Assembly (NCBI GenBank): GCA_963847705.1
Contig: CAWKBC010000040.1
Span: 32,001 to 96,000 of the forward strand
Reading direction: 5' to 3'
DNA: 64,000 bases
Origin: an uncultured Pseudomonadota bacterium
GTDB taxonomy: Bacteria; Myxococcota_A; Polyangia; Fen-1088
The notes beneath the pieces were generated by a model that was not told where the DNA came from, did not search any database, and saw only the letters and a program-made list of their open reading frames with translations. Made by a program: the position numbers and the translations under genes. Below are positions 9,306-17,839 of the stretch, in pieces (the first letter of the stretch is position 1; each line of letters starts with the position of its first letter).

Positions 9306-10064
9306 TCACTTGGCCTTTTTAGGCGTGGGCGGCTGAGACTTCTGGCGCCAGGAGTCGGCGTCGATGTCGATGACGTGGCAGTGCTGGACGAAGCGGTCGA
9401 CGAGGGCGGCGACGCAGGCGGCACCGGGAAAGACCGTGCCCCACTGCTTGAAGGGCAAATTCGTGGTGATGACGACGGACCTGGTCTCGTGCCTGCGGCT
9501 GACGATGTTGTAGAGGAGATCGGCGGAGCGGCTGTCGCAGGGGAGGTAGCCGAGCTCATCGACAATCAAGAGCTTCGGCGCGAGGTACCTGTGGCGCAGA
9601 GCGCGTTCGAGAGCGGGCAGCGACTCGCGACGAAGGAGATCGGTCAGTAGCGCGGCGAGGCTAGAAAAGCGGACGGAGTGGCCGCGGGTGAGGGCGGCGA
9701 AGCCGAGATTCTGCGCGAGCGTGGTTTTGCCGACGCCGCTCGGCCCGCGCAGGAGCACGTTGTCGCCGCGCTCAAGGAAATCGAGGTTGGTGTGCAGGCT
9801 CTCATAGAGGTTGCGGTCGATGGAGCGGGGATGGTTCCAGTCGAAGCGGTCGAGGGTGGTGAATTTGCCGAGGGTTGCGAGGCGGGTGCGCGCGGCGAGA
9901 TTGCGGCTCTCGCGTTCGCGGCGCTCCATCTCGACCAGCTTCTCGCAGGCCTCGACGGGGCCGATGCGACTGTGGGTGGCGTGCTCGAAGAGAGCGCGGA
10001 GCGCGGCCAGCGAGACGCGGAAGCCGAGCTGGCGCAGCTGGGTGGCGATGTCATCGCTTGGCAT
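9306..10064 (-). CDS. istB: IS21 helper ATPase IstB
   Basis: GPSGVGKTT, LLIVDELGY, ITTNLPF, DRFVQH; start MPSDD overlaps istA end. Confidence 0.93.
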   Translation of the reverse strand: MPSDDIATQLRQLGFRVSLAALRALFEHATHSRIGPVEACEKLVEMERRERESRNLAARTRLATLGKFTTLDRFDWNHPRSIDRNLYESLHTNLDFLERGDNVLLRGPSGVGKTTLAQNLGFAALTRGHSVRFSSLAALLTDLLRRESLPALERALRHRYLAPKLLIVDELGYLPCDSRSADLLYNIVSRRHETRSVVITTNLPFKQWGTVFPGAACVAALVDRFVQHCHVIDIDADSWRQKSQPPTPKKAK

Positions 10065-11526
10065 CGTAGCCCCCGAGATCGTGCGGGATGACGTCGCGGT
10101 CGGGGATGCCATCCCCGAGCGGGATATCGATGGGGACGGGATGCTCGGCGGCGCGGCGGTGCTTCTCGCACAGCACGCCCACTTCGCCGGGGTCGTGCGT
10201 GCCGCGCTCGACGGTTTCCGCGACGGCCTTCCCGAAGATGTCGGCGCCGTAAAGGTCGAGCAGCTTGCCGGTCTGGGCCACCATGCTTCCGATGTTGCGG
10301 CCCGCCTCGACCCAGCGCTCGATGAGGACATCGACTTGTGGCGCGACGGTGCGCAGTCGATCGCGGCCGGCGGAGGGCGCGGCGCCGCGCTTGCGACGCA
10401 GGATCTCGGCACGGTGATCGGGATGCTCGATCTTCTGGCGGTGGCCCCACGAGCGGGGGTGCTGGGCGACGACGGCGGCGCCGTCGAGCAGACGGACGGA
10501 GCGATCGTCGGCGACGATGGTGAGGGTGCGCTCGACGTGGTCCGGCGGCACCGAATAGACGTTGGTGTCGAAGCGGGCGAAGGCGGTCTTGTCGACGAGC
10601 ACGGGCTGTACCACGTCAGTGGCGGGCATCGGGTCGGGCAGCGGGAGCAAGCGCTGCTTCTCCTCGACCAGGCAGTCGGCGATCGTGCGTTGCGGGAAAT
10701 TGGGATGTCGCTGCTGGTGCGCGATGGTGTCGATGAAGGCGAGCAGCTCCCGGTTGCCGTGCTCGACGTCGTAGATGTCGCGGCCAGCGAGGAAGCGCTC
10801 CCGAAGGAAGCGAATCTTTCGCTCCACGCGTCCCTTCTCGTTCCCCCGGTACGGGGCGCACAGCCGCAGCTGGACGTGCATGGCGCTGCCGAGGTCGAGG
10901 AGCAAGGGATGGAAGCGGGCCGCGTCGCCGTGCCGTTCGAGCACGACAATCTTCGGATTGTCGAAGAGCCACTGGCGGGTCGAGCCGCCGAAGTAGGTCG
11001 ACGCACGCGCCAGCGAGCGCAAGAGCGAGTGCACGGTGGTGTCGAAGCAGAATTCACCCCACATGGCGCGCGACCAGGCCAGCACCATCACGAAGAGCCA
11101 CAGTGAGCGGCTGCCCCCGCCCGGCACCGGAATCTGCCCGACGTGAGCCCAGTCGATCTGAGCCTGCTCGCCGATGAGGGGATCGAGACGCAGGAAGGCC
11201 TCGCGCTTGGGCGTGGGACGCGCCGTCATGACGAAGCGGCGCAGGGTACGGGCGCTGCCGCGAAAGCCGCGCTCCTTGAGCATGTCGAGCAGCCGCGTCG
11301 ATCGCAGGCGCGGATACTTGAGCAGCGTCTCATTGATGAAAGCGACGTACGGCACGACGAGGAGAGATCTCCGCTCGACCCGATCGGTTCGGGGCCGTAG
11401 CAGCCCCAGAACGCGGCGGACGACATCCTCGTGGACGCCGAGTTGGGCGGCGATGGTGCCCACCTTCCAGTGCTCGGCGTGATGAAGGCGCGCGATCTCC
11501 GCCTCGACTTCGGCGGCGACGGTCAT
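10051..11526 (-). CDS. istA: IS21 DDE transposase IstA
   Basis: N-terminal HTH, GEQAQIDW, LFDNPK, EKGRVER, NVYSVP. Confidence 0.95.
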   Translation of the reverse strand: MTVAAEVEAEIARLHHAEHWKVGTIAAQLGVHEDVVRRVLGLLRPRTDRVERRSLLVVPYVAFINETLLKYPRLRSTRLLDMLKERGFRGSARTLRRFVMTARPTPKREAFLRLDPLIGEQAQIDWAHVGQIPVPGGGSRSLWLFVMVLAWSRAMWGEFCFDTTVHSLLRSLARASTYFGGSTRQWLFDNPKIVVLERHGDAARFHPLLLDLGSAMHVQLRLCAPYRGNEKGRVERKIRFLRERFLAGRDIYDVEHGNRELLAFIDTIAHQQRHPNFPQRTIADCLVEEKQRLLPLPDPMPATDVVQPVLVDKTAFARFDTNVYSVPPDHVERTLTIVADDRSVRLLDGAAVVAQHPRSWGHRQKIEHPDHRAEILRRKRGAAPSAGRDRLRTVAPQVDVLIERWVEAGRNIGSMVAQTGKLLDLYGADIFGKAVAETVERGTHDPGEVGVLCEKHRRAAEHPVPIDIPLGDGIPDRDVIPHDLGGYDAKR

Positions 11527-11903
11527 CGGCGCTCTCCGTGAACGAGACTGAGCTGCCGCAGATCACGAAAGTCGCCGATGCCGGCGATGCGCCTGCGGCG
11601 GCGGCGGGTCGGTCGCTCCACGACCTCGACGGTGTAGTAGACGCTGCGCTGGGGATTGCCTATCTCGTCGGTGAGCCCGAATGAATATGTAGCGTCCGCT
11701 TCGGCCGCAGACACAACAACGCGCGGGCAGCGATCGAGCCACAGGGCCAACGCTTCCAAGAGCGAGAGGACTGCCCGGTCGTTTCGGACCTGCCCCGGCG
11801 GTGGCAGCACCGCGCGCATCAGCTCGTCCGCCCCCGCCGTCACCAGGATCCGGCTGCGCGCCGTCGAGAAGGACATGGTCACCGTGTACTCGCTCATCGT
11901 CAT
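11523..11903 (-). CDS. IS21 accessory small protein, coupled to istA
   Basis: Upstream GGGAG; its stop overlaps the istA start (ATGA). Confidence 0.65.
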   Translation of the reverse strand: MTMSEYTVTMSFSTARSRILVTAGADELMRAVLPPPGQVRNDRAVLSLLEALALWLDRCPRVVVSAAEADATYSFGLTDEIGNPQRSVYYTVEVVERPTRRRRRRIAGIGDFRDLRQLSLVHGERR

Positions 11904-12246
11904 CGCTCCCGCCGGTGATCTCGGGCCCGACGGAGATCGGCGGGGTCGGACCACTCGGCCCCTGCGATTTCGAGCGAAACGCAACTTTCTCGGTACCCAT
12001 ATCCGTCACCGGCGCGCGCCTGGTGACGGCAAGTCGCCGCCGCCATGCCCGAACGTGATCACGGTGATCGAGCCGTCCTTCTTCGCTCCGTCGGTGGCGC
12101 GCATTGGCTGCGCGTCGGGCGCGCGCTCGACCTACGTCACGACAGCTCGGGCAATAGATCTGCCCGCGGAAATCTCGCCGGCACACGAAGAAGACGCGTC
12201 GGCACAACGCGCAACCCAGCTGAAATAGAGGCTCTTCGTCTTCCAT
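11563..12246 (-). CDS. IS21 accessory Cys-rich (zinc-finger-like) basic protein
   Basis: CALC-x5-C-x9-CPSC, Arg-rich segment, C-terminal CCVCG. Confidence 0.6.
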   Translation of the reverse strand: MEDEEPLFQLGCALCRRVFFVCRRDFRGQIYCPSCRDVGRARARRAANARHRRSEEGRLDHRDHVRAWRRRLAVTRRAPVTDMGTEKVAFRSKSQGPSGPTPPISVGPEITGGSDDDERVHGDHVLLDGAQPDPGDGGGGRADARGAATAGAGPKRPGSPLALGSVGPVARSLPARCCVCGRSGRYIFIRAHRRDRQSPAQRLLHRRGRGATDPPPPQAHRRHRRLS

Positions 12247-12251
12247 CCGCC

Positions 12252-12370
12252 GCGGGCGGAAGGAACTGGACGATCGATCCTCTCAGCCTTATCGTCCCTG
12301 CTCGTCAGACTTTCATCCGCCTGACAGAGGGCCCAGGGCGGCAACCCTGGGTCCTCATCCTTCTGCCCGC
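12252..12370. ncRNA. Predicted four-way-junction structured RNA in the IS21 leader
   Basis: 13-bp closing stem 12252-12264/12358-12370 enclosing hairpins 12268-12297, 12304-12325, 12327-12356. Confidence 0.55.
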
Positions 12371-13499
12371 CGCTGCCGTTTACGCCGGGCCCGCGGCTGT
12401 CGCGACTTTTGCTGCCGCGCCGATTTCGGCCACGACCCGAAGGTCAGATCTCCTCGGATCGAGATGGCCGTCTACAACTTGCTTCCGACGTGCGACGACG
12501 CGCTCTGCGAATCATCCGAGACGGCGTCGACCTGCAGCGCTGGGACGATGCCCATCGTCGCGCGCGCGAAAGAGCGCTGGAGCAACTCGAACAAAGGCTG
12601 CTTTCGCGGATGCCATCGCCTCGACCGATCCGACCCCGTCACCCGTGCGACTGGAAACGCGGCGAGTACATCGTCTGGCGGATGGCCGACGGCGGATCGG
12701 CGGTCCTCCGCGTGGTGAGCTTCGACCCCCGATGGGGTGGTGGCGGATCCCCGGTGTGCGAGTTGGTGGACTCGGGAGGTCCCGGATATCGGCCGGCCCT
12801 CGTCGACATCATGAACGCCAATGCTCGCCCGGTGGCGCACGGCCTCAACCTAACCAGTGGGCGCCGTTGGAAGGGAGCCCGATTCAAGATTGGAGTCCTC
12901 GAGCCCGAGACCTACAGCGCCCGCCGTGTCCACAGAATGAAGCCGTCCTCACCCGCTCGCCGGTTTCCTGCGACCAAGGTCGAAGCGATTGGCACTCGCT
13001 GGAACGGCCTCGATGGATTCCTCTTCAGGGGATTCAATCTGCCCTGGCCCCGAGGATCCATCCTCCGTGTCGCCTCCAACGGCTCACCGATATGGTTGGT
13101 CGTGGTCGATGTCACAACCCGTTCGAAGTTGCCCGCGATCGTCTGCGAGGTGCTCGACTGGCACCAGAAAGCCGACCCATCTCCGACAATCTTGCGCGGC
13201 CTCGACACGCATCGGACTGGCGACACAGTGAGCATCGTTCGTGCGCGCATCGTCGATCCTAGGAACCGGCAATCGGTCGCGAAGATGAAGCGCCATCTCG
13301 GCGTGCGGGATGTCGACGAGCGAGCCCCGTTTCGCGTGACCCTTCTCGGCTATTGCCCGACGAACGCGAAAGTTGTGGGACGACGGCGAGTCACTGTCCC
13401 GATGTCCAGCTCGAACGTGGTCGAGTGGACCAATCTCGAAACCGCGGTGAGCGGCCTCGCCGAGGTGGCGGCCTCGTAAGCCATGGTCCGTGCGCGAAG

Positions 13500-13598
13500 A
13501 TGCCCCCGGAGTTGAACTCCTCGCCGCGCTCTTTGGGCCAGCTTGAGAAGCCGCTGGCGAACGGACGCGACCAGATCGCGCGGGGGCCGTGCCTTCAC
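13500..13598 (-). pseudogene. Truncated/frameshifted AbiEii-like toxin N-terminus (3' limit approximate)
   Basis: GTGA overlap with abiEi; MKARPPRDLVASVRQRLLKLA then shifted ERGEEFN and loss of the rest. Confidence 0.65.
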
Positions 13599-14209
13599 GA
13601 GACGACCGCTTCCAGATAGGGCCTCATCACGTTCACTACGCGCACGACGGACGCGGCCTCGGTGAGGTCGTCCATGGGCCGGCGCGAACGACGGTGCTCG
13701 CGGAGGGCCTCTAGCGCCACGTCGAGCCCGATCTTGTTGCGGTACTTGAAGCAGTCGGCGACGGTGCGGGCGACGGTCGTGACCCTGACGGGTACGCCCT
13801 CGATGACGTGAACCTCGACACCGTGCTTGAGCGCGGCTCCGGAGAACCGGACGATCCGGAGCGGAAGATCATGAACGGTCGGCTTGCGATCCTTGACCCC
13901 GATGGCAAGCCAGGTCTCGAAGGGAGCCTGGGTCCCGAGGCCGTGAAACTGCAGGGCCGACAGAAGGCAGACCACACCATTCGGTACGCGGAGGGCAGCG
14001 GCAGCGAGGCCGTGGTGCTCCGTGGCCTGGAATCCCGCCGCCGGGTAGAGGCCTCGCCCCAGCCGTTCCAGCTTGCCAGCCTCGACCAGTCTGCGGATGG
14101 CGGGACGCGACGTCCCTTTGGCTTCCAGGTCACGGCTACGCATGAGCCTGCGCCGGCGGCTCAGGTCAGCTTGATGCCTTGGGCCAGGCTGTGTACGTTT
14201 CGTCGGCAT
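13595..14209 (-). CDS. Type IV TA antitoxin, AbiEi family
   Basis: GKLERLGRGLY wHTH, GVVCLLSALQFHGL, ARTVADCFKYRNKIGLDVALEAL. Confidence 0.9.
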   Translation of the reverse strand: MPTKRTQPGPRHQADLSRRRRLMRSRDLEAKGTSRPAIRRLVEAGKLERLGRGLYPAAGFQATEHHGLAAAALRVPNGVVCLLSALQFHGLGTQAPFETWLAIGVKDRKPTVHDLPLRIVRFSGAALKHGVEVHVIEGVPVRVTTVARTVADCFKYRNKIGLDVALEALREHRRSRRPMDDLTEAASVVRVVNVMRPYLEAVVS

Positions 14210-14227
14210 TTATAAATAACTACCGAC
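14202..14227. promoter_or_regulatory. Inverted repeat overlapping abiEi start (candidate autoregulatory operator)
   Basis: GTCGGCATTTA-TAAA-TAACTACCGAC, 9/11 symmetric, AT-rich centre. Confidence 0.5.
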
Positions 14228-14320
14228 ATACTGTATCAGCCGTCCGACGGGGACTGCAATATCCAGCCGAGAACCCATGCCCACGAGCCTAGCGAGAGAA
14301 GCTGGCTCCTCGCTACGCGA

Positions 14321-14725
14321 CTACCCAGCGATTCGATCGAACCGCGACCAGTTTTCGTGTGCGGCGCACCTAACCGATATCCAGCCGTTTCTCTCCGCCA
14401 AGACGCCCGCGGAGCCGCACACTTCGCACGTCACCATAGAGGCTTCGCTAGCCTCGCCGATCGCAGCCCACATCGCTGGCGTGGGGGCCTCCGACAGATA
14501 GACGGTCAACGTGCCGAACTTTTGCCGGAGCTCGACGACCGTGAACATCCGCCGCTCGTCGGAAGGTAGCTCCTTGACGATGGTCGAGAGGCGTTCGAGG
14601 AGGCGAACGAGGATAGGCTTCCACCCCTCGAAGCAGGTAAACGCAGCAGACCCCGCAATCGGAAATCGTGCGCGCAGGGAGGCCGTCCATTCCTCGGGCT
14701 GAGCCTCTTGATCTGAGCCCATCAT
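14321..14725 (-). CDS. Hypothetical protein, phage-like (QKFGTL...TCEVCG)
   Basis: GW..., RQKFGTLTVY, TCEVCG...C..H motif pattern. Confidence 0.7.
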   Translation of the reverse strand: MMGSDQEAQPEEWTASLRARFPIAGSAAFTCFEGWKPILVRLLERLSTIVKELPSDERRMFTVVELRQKFGTLTVYLSEAPTPAMWAAIGEASEASMVTCEVCGSAGVLAERNGWISVRCAAHENWSRFDRIAG

Positions 14726-14839
14726 CGCGAAACAACCCTAGCACCTGTTGCGCCACCTAGGATGCGACCTGCCGCACTTCGCAAGCAGATCCGTATGGTC
14801 GCCGGGCCGGAACAGCAGTCTGTGTCTTGGTTCCTCATG

Positions 14840-15223
14840 CTAGAGGGGAAGATCATCGAGGTACCCGCCCTCCACCGACTGAGATGGGACGCTTGGCACG
14901 GGCTGCCCGATTTCTTTCTGTGCTTCTAAGCGAACACTCGAATTCCCGTGGCAGTTGATGTGAATGGTGCTTCTGCCGATGAGAGCCCGATCGATTATCA
15001 GCTCGATCCGAACGGGCCCCCGTCCGGTACTTAGGTCGGCGTCTATCTGACTTTGAATTCGCTGAAGGGCGTCAGAGGTACCGTCGGGAGGCACGGTGAC
15101 TCGTGCGTTTCTTGTCCCCGTCCCCCGCCCCGGTACCCGATACCGGAGGGCCAGATAGACGGCTCCGAAGCAACCAGCAGCGGTCAGAGCAGCGCGCAGG
15201 ATGTCTGTGGCGTTCATGATCAT
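14840..15223 (-). CDS. Hypothetical protein with N-terminal hydrophobic segment
   Basis: Purine-rich RBS, co-oriented downstream of mobE. Confidence 0.5.
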   Translation of the reverse strand: MIMNATDILRAALTAAGCFGAVYLALRYRVPGRGTGTRNARVTVPPDGTSDALQRIQSQIDADLSTGRGPVRIELIIDRALIGRSTIHINCHGNSSVRLEAQKEIGQPVPSVPSQSVEGGYLDDLPL

Positions 15224-15317
15224 GATCCTCTCTTTCGTCTGGAGCCCGAAGATCGGTCGCGGTCTGGGGCAGGGCCGGATCGCCGACGAACACTCGAGCG
15301 TCGGAGATTCGCGAAGG

Positions 15318-15977
15318 TTAGTTTTTCAAGGCAGCGTCAGGGACACCGCGCAAGCGCCATCCCTGAGCCTTCGACGTCGCGTAGCAGACTTCGTCTCGCG
15401 CCACCCATCCTCGACCCGAACAGGTCGCGAGGTCGCGCAGGCTTCCGGCTTTGGCGAGGGCGTAGCCGAGCTCTCCCTCCGGCGTGTTGGCCCACGAGGC
15501 CAGGGCCGCCGCGCTCGCGTATTGGCGTCGCGTCAGCTCGCTCCCGTTTGCGAAGCCTGCGATTTGGCCGTGCGAGTAGGCGAACCAGGCGACAAGCGTG
15601 AGGCACCCAGTCGCCGCCCCAACGCAGGCGGTAGCCCATTTCAAAGGGTTCATCCGCTGGCTGTCCCGCTTAGTGACTGCGGCTGACGCCTCGGCCGCCG
15701 CGCGAGAGACGGCCGCCTTCGCCGTTTCCAGGGCGGCGCTGATCTGCGCCGCTGCGGTCGCCTGAACGTCCCGCGTCGCAGCTCTTGCAGCCTCCGTGAT
15801 CAGCGCCGGGATGCGTTCGTAAAGCGTCCTGTAGTGCTCGAGCACCATGAGCAAGAGCCAGAGGGAGTCGTTGCCTTTCAGCTTCAGCGCGTCCCTGACT
15901 CTGTACAGATTTTGCCTCTCCTTCTCGGTCGCCTGACGTCCGAGGAGAAGCGCAAAGCTCTCCTCGATATTAGCCAT
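15318..15977 (-). CDS. mobE: MobE-like mobilization protein (TraM-like), one TM
   Basis: FALLLGRQATEKERQNLYRVRDAL...DSLW; WANTPEG; position after mobD. Confidence 0.72.
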   Translation of the reverse strand: MANIEESFALLLGRQATEKERQNLYRVRDALKLKGNDSLWLLLMVLEHYRTLYERIPALITEAARAATRDVQATAAAQISAALETAKAAVSRAAAEASAAVTKRDSQRMNPLKWATACVGAATGCLTLVAWFAYSHGQIAGFANGSELTRRQYASAAALASWANTPEGELGYALAKAGSLRDLATCSGRGWVARDEVCYATSKAQGWRLRGVPDAALKN

Positions 15978-16653
15978 GGACGACCTCCGCCAGCATCAGG
16001 CGACATTCTTCCCGCCACCGCTCGAGCTCCATTCGATCGCCCAGCGACAACTCCGTCGACGCCTTGGTGATCGTGAGCCGTCCTTTGTTCATCGCGTCTG
16101 TCACTCGATCTGCCAGCTCGGGGAAGTTGAGCGACCTGCCGCCGGCATCCTCGATGGACACCTTCATCTTCGAGCCGTTGTAGAGCTCGAACTTCCCCTC
16201 GGTCCCGAGATAGGTATTCCGGACGACGTGCATCTCTGCTTCAGGGATGGCCCCGGCGAAGTCCTTGAGCAGCTCGAGACTTTCCCGCTTTCGATCGATC
16301 AGCCAGAAGACGACCAGCTTCCTTTTGAGCTCTGGAAGCGCCATCCCCAGGGTCTTGCCGAAATTGCTGATGCCGGTCTGATTCCGTGCCCCCGTGTTGA
16401 TGACGATCGCGCTCTCGGCCTTGCTCTCGATCAGGTTCACGAGGTCGATCCAGCCCTCGCGTTCGTCCAGGTTCACCAGCTCGCCTCCGATCGTGTCCCT
16501 GTAGGTCTTGTAGACGTCGGGAACCGATGTGTCCGTCTCGACGAGGAATGGCCCCTCGCCGCTGCCTTCGAGGTAGTCGATGAGCGCGATTGAGAAGAGC
16601 GACTTACCGACTCCGCCCTTGCCACCTCCGACGAGAAAAACTGACTTCGACAT
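15970..16653 (-). CDS. mobD: MobD-like P-loop protein (TraL-like)
   Basis: GGGKGGVGKS deviant Walker A, VETDTSVPDV, INTGARN. Confidence 0.8.
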   Translation of the reverse strand: MSKSVFLVGGGKGGVGKSLFSIALIDYLEGSGEGPFLVETDTSVPDVYKTYRDTIGGELVNLDEREGWIDLVNLIESKAESAIVINTGARNQTGISNFGKTLGMALPELKRKLVVFWLIDRKRESLELLKDFAGAIPEAEMHVVRNTYLGTEGKFELYNGSKMKVSIEDAGGRSLNFPELADRVTDAMNKGRLTITKASTELSLGDRMELERWREECRLMLAEVVHG

Positions 16654-16667
16654 GTTCGTCCTCCTGG

Positions 16668-17063
16668 TTAGTAGCTGTCCTTGTCCGTCACGAGAAATGC
16701 CTCTTTGCCTGCCCGCTTGACGCCTTCATCCGTTGCCGGTTTTGCCCGCGAAGGCGTCTCCGCCTTCGCTTGTGGGGGTGGCGCGGCGGATCGCGTTCGC
16801 GTTGCGACCGCGTCCTTGCCCCGTCGCCGCTTGGCTCTCTGCAGGTAGCTCTTCAGCGTCGGGGTGGTGATGTCGAGCCCGACACCGTGCAGGCTCTCGA
16901 CGACCTGCTCGATCGTGTATCCGCGTGCCTGCAGGGCGGCGATCTCCCGAGCGAGCCGTCGTACCACCGCCTGTTTGGTCAGCTTGCGTTTCGAGCTGTC
17001 CATCGGAGGAAGCCCGCGCAGTGCGCTCGCCATCAGGTCGGATTGTTCCAACGTGTATGCCAT
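16668..17063 (-). CDS. mobC: MobC-like oriT-binding protein (TraK-like)
   Basis: EIAALQARGYTIEQVVESL...TTPTLKSYL; divergent from mobB across oriT. Confidence 0.75.
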   Translation of the reverse strand: MAYTLEQSDLMASALRGLPPMDSSKRKLTKQAVVRRLAREIAALQARGYTIEQVVESLHGVGLDITTPTLKSYLQRAKRRRGKDAVATRTRSAAPPPQAKAETPSRAKPATDEGVKRAGKEAFLVTDKDSY

Positions 17064-17340
17064 CTGCTTTCTCCCGGATGCGCGCTCCGCCCTCACGGGG
17101 AACGAGCGCTTTGTCTGTCGAGCTCTCCGCTATTCCAGTCGGCCAGTTCTCCGGCGTTGTTTCCTGCTTCGAGCTGCGAAGCGAAAATAGTTCCCGCTGC
17201 GGCGCTCTCCTTTCCTACCGCCCAGGTGCCGTGGCTCCGTCCACGTGACGGTGCCGGCGGAAACATCGCGAGGCGTCCGGCCGACTGGAAGAACGTGCCG
17301 ACCGTGCCTACGCGAATGCCTTCATCGAGTGTCGATGGAC

Positions 17341-17370
17341 GGATAGCAGGATGGGGGCTTGTCCGGACAC
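17341..17370 (-). other. oriT with MOB_P-type nic site
   Basis: Minus strand CATCCTG^C (17353-17346) matches YATCCTG^Y; adjacent palindrome TGTCCGGACA; lies between mobC and mobB. Confidence 0.75.
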
Positions 17371-17514
17371 ATGCGGCTTCCGCCGCACGTGCCCTCCCAA
17401 GCCCCGCTCCGCCCCGCCCGTTCGGCGCTCCGCTTCTCACGGACAGGGCTGCGCCAGACTCGGAGCTGCTCGGCGCTACCGCTTCTCGCAGTCGGTCGGT
17501 CGGAGGCGACAGCG

Positions 17515-17826
17515 ATGCCGTTTCGTAGGAAGGGAAAAGCGGGTCTCACGGCCCGCCTCGACGTGCGCGTCTCGCCCGCCGAGAAGAAGCAGCTTGGGGG
17601 CATCGCTCGCGAAGCGGGCCTCCCCGTCGCCGAGCTGGTGCGCCTGCGCGCGCTCGGGCGGCCGGTCGTGTCCCGCACGGACGCCACGACCATCCGGGAG
17701 CTACGGCGCCTCGGGGGCCTGCTCAAGATGGTCCACGTCGAGAGCGGCGGCGCCTACCGCCAGCAGACGGCCGAGCTGCTCACGATGCTGCGCGCCGCGG
17801 TCGGCAAGCTGGCGGGCGGGCAGTAG
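17515..17826 (+). CDS. mobB: MobB-like RHH relaxosome protein (TraJ-like)
   Basis: GGAGG RBS; RLDVRVSPAEK...ELRRLGGLLK. Confidence 0.82.
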   Translation: MPFRRKGKAGLTARLDVRVSPAEKKQLGGIAREAGLPVAELVRLRALGRPVVSRTDATTIRELRRLGGLLKMVHVESGGAYRQQTAELLTMLRAAVGKLAGGQ

Positions 17827-17839
17827 GGAGGCAGGGACG

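Larger units (their letters stand above)
9256..12476 (-). mobile_element. IS21-family element, 3221 bp, with accessory ORFs
   Basis: TGT...ACA ends; 49-bp terminal IRs (9256-9304, 12428-12476; 42/49 identical); 6-bp TSD ACTTGC at 9250-9255 and 12477-12482; istA+istB. Confidence 0.95.
9053..13479 (+). pseudogene. DUF4259-like gene split by IS21 (9053-9255 + 12483-13479; 399 aa when rejoined)
   Basis: MGAWGPGIYQNDDALD N-terminus; frame continuous (GRL|ASDVRRRAL) after removing the IS and one TSD copy. Confidence 0.85.

Noticed and set aside
9306-11057. 583-aa ORF suggesting a long IstB
   Set aside because: N-terminal 331 aa are an off-frame shadow of istA; IstB begins at 10064
12295-12318. 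Hammerhead-like words (GAAA and CTGACGA) on the minus strand of the IS21 leader
   Set aside because: Only 2 nt apart, no room for stems I and III; not a hammerhead
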